The notes beneath the pieces are model-generated. The model searched no databases and was not told the origin of the DNA. It saw only the letters and a list, made by a program, of their open reading frames with translations. Of a stretch of 35,532 bases of DNA, positions 17,728 to 26,415 are shown piece by piece; the stretch's first letter is position 1, and each line of letters starts with the position of its first letter. Origin of the DNA: Macrostomum lignano. Its lineage: Eukaryota. The DNA lies in NCBI GenBank assembly GCA_002269645.1, contig NIVC01003556.1, positions 1 to 35,532 of the forward strand. Direction: 5' to 3'. A program made the position numbers and the translations under genes.

Positions 17728-20700
17728 GTGAGCTCTTGTAAGGCCAGACCACAGATACTCAAATAGCTAGATGGGTCATTCATCAGTGACATAGACTTTG
17801 TAAAATTGCTTTCTACTTAAAAAAAACTCAAAAACACAAAGCAGGGGGTGCCTGCTTGTCAGGGCCGCGTGGTGACACTCCGTTGAAGGTCCCGAAGGTC
17901 GTCCAGACAGAGCTGAATGCTGAACATGGTGCAGGACCATTGAATATAATATGCAGACATGCCTGGTTTGGTGCCTTGATAGAAAAATCACGATGTTGGC
18001 GGTGTCAGCTCATCGGGGCCGCGTGGTGGCACTCCGTTGAAGGTCCCGAAGGTCGCCTGTATGTCTACAGTTCAGCCTAGAGGGTTGCCATCGTCCATTT
18101 CATTCACCGATTGTGTCTACTGACTGAATGCTGCATGCAGAAGAGGATTCTTCCATTTCAGTTTTGGGAACGCAGCCGTCTGTGAGATACCGATCGGGTG
18201 CTTTTGTTGAAGGTCCCGACGGTCGCCGCCGATGCTCCAGACGGTGATGAAGGTGACCCTGGTGCCTGGGATGCTGAGAGCAAAAGTCCCTGCGACTGAT
18301 ATGCATAGTTTGTTGAGCCGACCTGGTTTCATGATGAGGTTTTGTGAGCAGAAAAATTTGGCCAATGTTGGTGGTTTTTGCCACCAGACACCCCGAGGAG
18401 AATCGCTGAATATCTCGACGATGCCAATTTTTTTGTGATTCTCGAAGTTGCTTCATCAAATAGAGCGGAAAATTTTAGCCCGTGTTCAGGATTTTCATGG
18501 CAATTGGTTGAATATTTTTGGAGATACAGACAAAGGAAAAATGTGTGTATTTAAAATACACCTCCATTGTCTTTCTACTGTTAAAAAAAATAAAATGCTT
18601 CTGTTCAACTTACTACTGAACTGAAAGTAGCTTACACGCAAATGTGCTGAGCGGCCCATCCAGTTATTCTAGTGTCTGTGGGCCGACCAGCTGGACAGTT
18701 TAAAAATGCGCCCGACCCGACTCTCAGCCCTGGGCAGGATTGCATAAAGGTTTGGTGACTGGTGACACTACCAGTGACCAGTGACCAGTGATTTTTATCG
18801 GTCTGAGAAGAGCTGACAAAACTAACCATATTTCATTAAGACTATCATTTGCTATACACAGGTGGGTGACTCTAATGATATTTCCGGATACCTGAAGCTC
18901 TAGTAGGTGGATTTATGAAATTGAGCCCCTGTGTTTCGATTCGGTGCGCAAACGCATTTTTTTATTAGAGGCAGGGGGTTGTGTGCACCCTGGCGCACTT
19001 TAAGCGACATCAACACACAATCGGCGAGAGGCATTACTGCCCATTCCGCCGACTCCCCTGAGCAGGCACACTAGCGCGCGGATACGTACGCAGGCACACA
19101 CTCACACAGGAGTGTACAGCGGCCCTAACTTTATTTTATCGTTAGGCATGTACACTTCACTGCGCCTTGGGGGGTTGGCTCTCAAGGCCGTTAATTGCAC
19201 GAGCAGAGCCAAGCCGAGATTCCAATTCAGCCCCAAATTAATGTGACTGCACTTGGAATCGAGCCTGGGTCGCTGGCACACCAGAGCCTGCGCTACCGCT
19301 GGGCTACGCCCCCCCCCCCTATGCGCAAACGCATACATTTTTGTTGTTTGTGTGCACGAAAATTGACCGGTGGTGGGTTGTGCGATTCGCACCCAGGAGG
19401 GCCACCCCAAGGCACAGAGAGAGCACATGCCTGACGATTAGAAAGTCAAAGGGCCGCTGTACACCCTGTGTGAGCGTGTGTATGAGTGCTGTGCTTGCGT
19501 ACAGTATTGGCGCGCTTGTATGTGCTCAGGAATGAGTGGAATGGGCAGAATTGCCTCAGCCTCAGGATGCTTTAGCGTTACCCTCAGCCCTCCTATACAA
19601 TATTTATTCATTCAATACGAGTAGTTGACCCGACCTTGACAACAGAATTCAATGCAGCATACAGTGTATGGCGCGATCTCTTGCCCGGGTCAGAGAAAGA
19701 CACGAGATGCCAATCCGCCGCGTGACTTTCATTCCAGGGTAAATCGTGAAAATATAAACAAATAAAGCAAGCTGATGGTAGAAGTTTCGAAAAACTTGTT
19801 TACAAAAAAATCCAGCAATTGCTAGCGTGACTTTACAACATCGATACTAAATCGTGATGCTTTCACAGAGAAACCTAACGTTGTCTTAAACGTGCAAAAA
19901 TAAGACGAAGAAACTTTAATTTAGTTTAAAGTTGATGATGACTATTAAGTTAGAGCAGGGGTCGGCAACTCCGGCCCAAGGGCCACATGAGGCCCGCGAA
20001 GCCTTTCCATCCAGCCCTCGGGTCCTTTGAAACTTCACAATACTCGTAGTAATCTGGCCCGCTCATGGTTTGTGTCTCTTCTCAGCTTTCATATCCCCTC
20101 TCCCCTCTCTACTATCCCCTTTCTCCTCTCTCCTACGACGTATCCCCTCTCCCCCACTCCGCTCTCTCTTCTCCCCCTCTCTCCGCTCTCTTCTCTCTCC
20201 CTTCTCTCCCCTCTCCTTTCTATCCTCTCTCCTCTCTTTCCTCTCTCCTCTCTTTCCTCTCTCCTCTCTCCTCTCACCCCTCTCTCCTCTCTCCTCTCTT
20301 TCCTCTCTCCTCTCTCCTCTCCCCCCTCTCTTCTCTCCTCTCTCCTCTCTCCTCTCTCCCCTCTCTCTTCTCAGCTCCCTTCTTTTCTCATCATGTCTTG
20401 TTTCTTATCTCTTCGATTCCCTTTCCTTTCCTCTCTCATCTGGCCCGTAGCCATGACCTGGATTCTTGATCCGGCCCTTGAGGTAAAAAAAGTTTGCCCA
20501 CCTTTGAGTTAGAGTTACAAGCAGGGGTCTTTGTGCACTCTGGCGCACTTTAAGCGACATTGTCATACAACCGGCATGAGGCATCACTGCCCATTCCGCC
20601 GACTCCCCTGAGCAAGCACACAAGCGCGCGGATACGTATGCAGGCACACACTCACACAGGTGTACAGCGGCCCTACCTTCCAATCTTCAGGCATGTGTAC

Positions 20701-21273
20701 TCTCCGTGCTTTCGGGCTTGGCTTACTTAAGTAATCCTCATTTAGAATTAGCACACGGACAAAGATAATGCATTCCAGGGAAATCATTGATTATCTGGTG
20801 TAATTTCAGGCCTGGACCAGTTATTTAAGACGACAGTCACCAGTGCCAATCGTGACTCGCCGCGGACCTCCAGATGTCGACTGCGCATCGAGATTGAGGA
20901 CTTCAATGGCGAGACCTACATGGGAGAGTACCGAATGTTCCAGGTGCTGGATCCTAAGCAGAACTATCGATTGAAGGTGGGAAATGCCGTGCCAGACTCG
21001 GATCTGACCAGCTGGGCCAGAGTGCACAACGAGATGCAGTTCAGCACGTACGACCGCAAGCACGATAGACAGGCTGGCACGTCCTGCTCGCATCAGCACG
21101 GCTACGGAGGCTGGTGGTACGAATCCTGCCACCACATGAATCTCAACGGAGCCTATCTCACTGACAGGAATATTACTAATAGTAGTGCTGATAGCAAATT
21201 TTATGCATCAGTTCTGCATCGTTCATCGTATCGGCCAGTGAAGAGAACGCTGATGATGCTCAAGTGCGGCTGA
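17139..21273 (+). CDS. Secreted fibrinogen-related domain (FReD/FBG) protein, 350 aa; join(17139-17727,20810-21273)
   Basis: N-terminal hydrophobic signal peptide; FBG motifs WVVFQRRVDDSLSF, WDAYVNGFG, NYWMG|LD, LRIEIEDF, NYRLKVG, MQFSTYDR, GGWWYESCHHMNLNG. Phase-1 intron GTGAGC...TTTCAG; 1053 nt with no frameshift. Confidence 0.92.
17749..18681. mobile_element. Non-autonomous element with ~36-bp imperfect terminal inverted repeats and internal ~154-170-bp repeats
   Basis: Left end ACAGATACTCAAATAGCTAGATGGGTCATTCA versus reverse complement of right end ACAGACACTAGAATAACTGGATGGGCCGCTCA. Internal block ...TTGAAGGTCCCGAAGGTCG at 17883, 18037, 18207. Related to 32725-33176. No TSD seen. Confidence 0.65.
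18957..19321 (-). mobile_element. Full-length tRNA-derived SINE (~365 bp) with A-rich tail and 12-13-bp TSD
   Basis: Minus-strand head has A box TAGCCCAGCGG (19306-19296) and B box GGCTCGATTCC (19265-19255), ~30 nt apart. Tail CTAATAAAAAAA. Flanking direct repeat TGCGCAAACGCA at 18945-18956 and 19322-19333. Confidence 0.8.
19372..19557 (+). mobile_element. Diverged partial copy of the same SINE, inverted relative to 18957-19321
   Basis: Shared blocks GGGCCGCTGTACAC, CCTGTGTGAG, GGAATGGGCAG; roughly 75-80% similar by eye. Confidence 0.7.
19956..20506. mobile_element. hAT (Buster/Charlie-type) MITE, 551 bp, with an internal CT-rich repeat (~20095-20375)
   Basis: TIRs CAGGGGTCGGCAAC / GTTTGCCCACCTTTG; perfect 8-bp TSD AGTTAGAG (19948-19955, 20507-20514) with central TA typical of Buster hATs; subterminal GGCCC motifs. 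Confidence 0.85.
20520..20720 (-). mobile_element. 5'-truncated third copy of the SINE body
   Basis: CTGGCGCACTTTAAGCGACAT...CCCATTCCGCCGACTCCCCTGAGCA...CAGGCACACACTCACACAGG closely matches 18969-19160. Confidence 0.8.
20810..21273 (+). CDS. FReD exon 2 (rest of the fibrinogen C-terminal domain)
   Basis: Acceptor TAATTTCAG; frame continues into ORF 20920..21273. Confidence 0.92.
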
Positions 21274-21502
21274 GATGCTTTGAGCAAGCGTAATTCCTAT
21301 CTACTCACGTAGAAGCGTGCACTGAGAACCGTAAATTTTAAGAATCAGTACAGATAGTTATTATCTGTATCGTATTTAACTCGTTAGGGATTGGTAACTC
21401 TGTGGTAACGCTTCCCAATCTCGTGTCGAAAAGCGTGTCGAGAAAGTCACGTTTAAATATATTGTATGTAACAAACCTGAAGTTGTATCTCTATCTAGCT
21501 AC

Positions 21503-21702
21503 CTTCTTCTTCTTATTCTTCTTCCATTCGGGCGCGCTCGGTCCAAGGCCCATGGCACCGGGCGTCAGACGGCGCCCGCCTTCCCGAGGAAGTTCAGCAC
21601 CGCGACGCAGTTCTCGAAAACTGCCGCGGGCTCCGGGCTTGGCCCCCAGAGGCGGCAGCGGTGTGGAGTGAGGGCAGGGCAGGAGATCAGCAGATGGGCC
21701 TT
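21503..21702 (-). mobile_element. 3' end of an I-group (Ingi/Nimb-like) non-LTR retrotransposon with a (GAA)n tail
   Basis: Frame KAHLLISCPALTPHRCRLWGPSPEPAAVFENCVAVLNFLGKAGAV* resembles the H-x-L-x-x-CP...VLxFL C-terminus of such elements; tail GAAGAATAAGAAGAAGAAG follows. Confidence 0.6.
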
Positions 21703-21732
21703 TCACAGAAAGTAGCACGAGTAGCACCCCGG

Positions 21733-21783
21733 ATGCTACTCAGACACCCCAGATGCTAATCTGACACCACCGATGCTACTCAG
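21733..21783. repeat. 2.5 units of the 20-bp repeat ATGCTACTCAGACACCCCAG
   Basis: Same unit as 22970-23235. Confidence 0.8.
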
Positions 21784-22320
21784 TGCCGTAGCCATTCATG
21801 CACCACCTTCCGTCACCACTGCCTGTCCTTCGCTGCTCCTCTTAACCTCTCGATTGTCCATCCGGTCCATTTCTTCAGCTTTTCTTCCAACTCTGTCTTT
21901 TCGGTCTTCTTGTTCTTCTTTCACTTCTATTTCTCCTTGAATAAAGACATTTGTCATGGCTGCCTTCCTCGTCTGATGTTCGTAATATTAGACATTTCTC
22001 CACTTGATGATCTCCTCCACAGATTCTGGTTCCTTTCCTGATACATCCTTAAGTTTTCTCTAAACCTGCAGGCATTTGTTTTTTCTTTTTCCATGAAATC
22101 CGTAGCATTCATCTGTAACGGTTCATTTCAAACTCTTTGAGAGTCTCTTCATACTTTTCTTCCTCAGACACTCGCACCCATAGAGCTGCAGCGTCGCCAA
22201 TGTGACCGCCGCCAAAGTTCATCCAGCCCTATCATTGAGCTGGTTGCGACGCCAATTCGGATTCTGATCTTCCAGTTCTTCTCCATCAATCACAATCCCT
22301 AGCATGACGTTGTCTCCACC
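21780..22320 (-). mobile_element. Decayed 3' fragment of an RTE-clade LINE ORF2
   Basis: Frameshifted remnants LYGCE, FEMNRYR*MLRISW, FIQGEIE, LKKWTGWTIERLRGAAKDRQW*RKVV match the RTE C-terminus pattern LYGCETW..FEMRCYRRMLRISW..QG.IEG..WTG..A.DR..WR. Confidence 0.8.
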
Positions 22321-22559
22321 ATTCCCTGTCACCTTCTAGCTAATGCAAAGCTGAAAACTGACTCTCGAATTTCACGCTCATGAAATCTACCAAAGTGCAA
22401 TTCGTGGCAAACGAAAACTAATTCGGGGCGCGCGACGGTCTCTGCCTCCATCAGCTTTGAATTCAAAGCTTCGTGACCGAACGGGGTTTCTCAAGATTTA
22501 GGCAAATGATTTAAAATCAATAGAAAAAGCAGAAAAACCAAACTGAGCGACGAACAGAA

Positions 22560-23452
22560 ATGATTTATTACTATCCTGCGTGGCTGCTCCACGCTGCACT
22601 GGGGGCGACTTTATTCGCCTGCCTGTTGGCGTCCTTCCTGTGCCACCTGCATCGGAAGCGACGTTCCCGGAGACTGTTGGCCAACCGGACCGGCTGCCTG
22701 CTCAGCGGCCTCGTGGCAGTTTGCGGTCGAGACCAAGATCAACCTACAATTCGTGCAATAAGCCATCAGTCAGAGAAGCCACAACAGCAACAACAGCAGC
22801 AAAAGAAGCGTCTTCGAGCGAGCACCACGAGGCAGCCTCATCGGACGAGAAATCAGCGATCCCGCAGTAGGCTTCGATCCAGCTCCACGGTCGCTTTGCC
22901 GCCTGCTGGGGATCACGCGGTGGGGTGAGCACATCGATTTCAGCCACGCTTTTGAAGACAACCCAGACGCTACAAAGACACCTAACATGCTACTGCAGAC
23001 ACCCCACATGCTACTCAGACACCCCAGATGCTACTCAGACACCCCATATGCTACTCAGACACCCCATATGCTACTCAGGCACCCCAGCTGCTACTCAGAC
23101 ACCCCAGCTGCTACTCATACACCCCAGCTGCTACTCAGATACCCAACAGGCTACTCAGACACCCCAGATGTTACCTAGCACCCAAAGGTTTCTCAGACAC
23201 TCCACGTGCTGCTCAGACATCCCGGATGTTACCTGCTAGTCATGCACGCCCCGACGCCATTCCAGCTTTTCAACAGTTGGTGTCTCAGCCTCGCCGACGG
23301 TCAGATCAGCACCGCATCCGTCCCCAAGAAGTGCCTCTTGCAGCGCCGTCTCAGGGAGCGGCGGTGGTGTCTGCAACTACGGGTTTAACATGGCTCTTGG
23401 AAACTTTAAAGGCGGCGGCGGCGGGTGCGGTAGAAGCAGCGGATTCAAGTGA
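22560..23452 (+). CDS. Orphan single-pass membrane protein, 183 aa; join(22560-22924,23266-23452)
   Basis: ATG after an AT-rich leader; hydrophobic LLHAALGATLFACLLASFLCHL then basic HRKRRSRR; poly-Q; phase-2 intron GTGAGC...CCATTCCAG joins in frame to ...GGGGGCGRSSGFK*. Confidence 0.55.
22970..23235. repeat. 20-bp minisatellite (ATGCTACTCAGACACCCCAG)n in the orphan gene intron
   Basis: About 12 units, degenerate at the edges. Confidence 0.9.
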
Positions 23453-23494
23453 ACTAAACGAATCTTAACGATGCACTGCATTCACTCGCATGAA

Positions 23495-24625
23495 TCCCAG
23501 ATCCTCAATTGCTGGGCCAGCCTCCCAGATCCTCAGTTGCTGGGCCAGCCTCCCAGAGTGTCAGTTGCTGGGCCAGCCTCCCAGATTCTCAGTTGCTGGG
23601 CCAGCCTCCCAGATCCTCAGTTGCTGGGCCAGCCTCCCAGAGTGTCAGTTGCTGGGCCAGCCTCCCAGATTCTCAGTTGCTGGGCCAGCCTCCCAGATCT
23701 TCAGTTGCTGGGACAGCCTCCCAGATCCTCAGTTGCTGGGCCAGCCTCCCAGAGTGTCAGTTGCTGGGCCAGCCTCCCAGAGTGTCAGTTGCTGGGCCAG
23801 CCTCCCAGAGTGTCAGTTGCTGGGCCAGCCTCCCAGAGTGTCAGTTGCTGGGCCAGCCTCCCAGATCCTCAGTTGCTGGGCCAGCCTCCCAGAGTGTCAG
23901 TTGCTGGGCCAGCCTCCCAGAGTGTCAGTTGCTGGGCCAGCCTCCCAGAGTGTCAGTTGCTGGGCCAGCCTCCCAGAGTGTCAGTTGCTGGGCCAGCCTC
24001 CCAGAGTGTCAGTTGCTGGGCCAGCCTCCCAGAGTGTCAGTTGCTGGGCCAGCCTCCCAGATCCTCAGTTGCTGGGCCAGCCTCCCAGAGTGTCAGTTGC
24101 TGGGCCAGCCTCCCAGATCCTCAGTTGCTGGGCCAGCCTCCCAGAGTGTCAGTTTAGCTGGGCCAGTCTCCCAGATCCTCAGGTGCTGGACCAGCCTCCC
24201 AGAGTGTCAGTTGCTGGGCCAGCCTCCCAGATCCTCAGCTGCTGGGACAGCCTCCCAGATCCTCAGTTGCTGGGCCAGCCTCCCAGATTCTCAGTTGCTG
24301 GGCCAGCCTCCCAGATTCTCAGTTGCAGGGCCAGCCTCCCAGATCCTCAGTTGCTGGGACAGCCTCCCAGAGTGTCAGTTGCTGGGCCAGCCTCCCAGAG
24401 TGTCAGTTGCTGGGCCAGCCCTCCAGATTCTCAGTTGCAGGGCCAGCCTCCCAGAGTGTCAGTTGCTGGGCCAGCCCCCCAGATTCTCAGTTGCAGGGCC
24501 AGCCTCCCAGAGTGTCAGTTGCTGGGCCAGCCTCCCAGAGTGTCAGTTGCTGGGCCAGCCTCCCAGATCCTCAGTTGCAGGGCCAGCCTCCTAGATCCTC
24601 AGCTGCAGGGCCAGCCTCCCAGATT
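23495..24625 (+). repeat. 28-bp minisatellite (GTTGCTGGGCCAGCCTCCCAGATCCTCA; variants GAGTGTCA, GATTCTCA)
   Basis: About 40 units; source of the CWASLP ORFs. Confidence 0.96.
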
Positions 24626-25501
24626 AGATGCCGAATCAAAGATAACTACGCTCGTACATTGCTGTAATCAAGAGAATTAAAATAAAAACAACGAACAACT
24701 ATTCAATTCAGAGAAAGAAAAGGAATTAATCAGACAAATAATTCAATTGTAAACGCTACATAAAATTTATATTGTTTCAAAAATAAAAAAACTGATAAGA
24801 AAGTTTGCAAGCACTTTGCAGGCAAAGTGCGCGGCTAACTTTGTTTATCATTTACAATTAATTTTAGGCGTTGTTCTGAAAAGGCAGTCTAGTAAGAAAA
24901 ACAATTTTTCAGTTAAATAAGATAAAATCATGTTCAATGAAAAACAAAGTCACGAAGTCAAGTACAGCTGATAAAAACACACAGTTTAAAGTAAGGCTTC
25001 AAAACAGACAGTGTGGATCTTCAAGTACTGCTTGTTTTTCCTTATCAGCCTAGAAGTGGACTCAAGAACTGTCAGAACTACATGTATCATTCAAGTAGAT
25101 CGAATGCAATTGTGTGAAAAGGTGTGGGTAATTGTGGAAGATTGTGGGAAATTGTAGAAGAGGTGTGAAAAAGCATGGGAAATTGTGGGAGGCGTGGAAA
25201 GTTGTTGAAGATATGTTCAATGGTCTATCGCACCTCTAAATTTAACTTAAATCCCTTACAAGTAAAAACAAAGGTGCAGAGTGACCTAGAGTACTTTATT
25301 TGTTTTTGAAAGTTAATTGATGTAAAATTAATCATCAGTTGCTAAAATAGATCGCGAAAAGTTACCACTCTAGTAGCTCTAGAAAACAGGTGGCATTTAA
25401 AAAGCTGAAAAACAAGTACTCGATGGAATTTAGTTGCTTTTATCGTTAACTACCGATTATAACGGAAAATTCAAGTGCTCAGATGACCAGGTAGTCAATA
25501 A

Positions 25502-25722
25502 GAGGTGCTAATTGCTCAAATGGCCTGGTTGCTCAATTAGGAGAAGGTGTTAATTGCCTATATGGCCAGGTGCGCAATTAGAGGTGCTAATTGCTCAAAT
25601 GGCCAGGTGCGCAATTAGGGGGGGGTGCTAATTGCTCAAATGGCCAGGTGCGCAATTAGGGGGGTGCTAATTGCTCAAATGGCCAGGTGCGCAATTAGGG
25701 GGGGGGTGCTAATTGCTCAGTT
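25502..25722. repeat. ~38-44-bp tandem repeat, each unit with internal inverted repeat CTAATTGC...GCAATTAG
   Basis: 5-6 units GGTGCTAATTGCTCAAATGGCCAGGTGCGCAATTAG(G)n. Confidence 0.88.
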
Positions 25723-25767
25723 GACCAAATCCGATACCTAGAAGAAAATCTGCACTATAAACAGAGC

Positions 25768-26415
25768 TCAGGTGGTAAGGCTCAGGTGGCACAAGGCCAT
25801 GATTGCAAGCGGCTGTTTCTTGCCACCTTTGCTGCCGCCGCCGAGGGTCACCAGCGGAGCGTAGGCCGAGTTGCGCCGACTCTCCAGCAGGCCCGTCAGC
25901 GACAGCTTCAACGACGAATCGGACAATGCACCCGACTGGTCAGGGAAGGCAACCTCGACTGTCAGGCTGTCAGGCCGGTGCTCCAGGCTGTACCAGACCT
26001 CGCCGCCCGACCGAGTTCGACGAGTCGACAGCTCGGCTCGACGCCGCTGCCTCTCCGTTGAACCGTCGATATCGAATTCGACAATGCTGACCGAACCGAC
26101 GGTAACGTCGATGTGGACTCGAATGCCGCCGTCCATCAGGCCAATTGCGACGCCGGCGGCTGGCGCCATCGGCCCCGCGCCAAACTGGGCGTCGCCGACG
26201 AGGCGAAGCGGCGCCAAAGCGGTTGGCGCCGACGGAGTGTCGCGAGACTGCAGCGACAGGCGGCTGGCGCGAGTGGCGACACAGGCGCGGCCGAGACCGA
26301 CGCTGACGCGCGGAGGGAAGGCGACGATGGTCCAATCGGCCGGCTGCAGCGGCACCAGAGTGGCGTTCGACAGTCGGCGGGTGGCTGCGGCCGCTGGCGG
26401 AGTCGGCGACGACGT
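25768..26415 (-). CDS. Putative terminal exon of the FAM151-like gene (215 aa, beta-rich, hydrophobic C-terminal tail)
   Basis: 648-nt open frame; acceptor AACCCAG phase 0 matches donor CTG|GTGAGA at 26835/26834. Confidence 0.55.
   Translation of the reverse strand, partial: TSSPTPPAAAATRRLSNATLVPLQPADWTIVAFPPRVSVGLGRACVATRASRLSLQSRDTPSAPTALAPLRLVGDAQFGAGPMAPAAGVAIGLMDGGIRVHIDVTVGSVSIVEFDIDGSTERQRRRAELSTRRTRSGGEVWYSLEHRPDSLTVEVAFPDQSGALSDSSLKLSLTGLLESRRNSAYAPLVTLGGGSKGGKKQPLAIMALCHLSLTT

Noticed and set aside
19244-19316. Functional tRNA gene
   Set aside because: A/B boxes are present but acceptor and anticodon stems do not pair; it is the head of a TSD-flanked SINE.
21402-21727. ORFs 21402..21671 (+) and 21491..21727 (-)
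   Set aside because: Alternative frames over a LINE 3' fragment; the third minus frame carries the retrotransposon motif.
23471-24680. CWASLP-repeat ORFs of 228-396 aa
   Set aside because: The 28-bp unit is not a multiple of 3, and all frames give the same rotating peptide.
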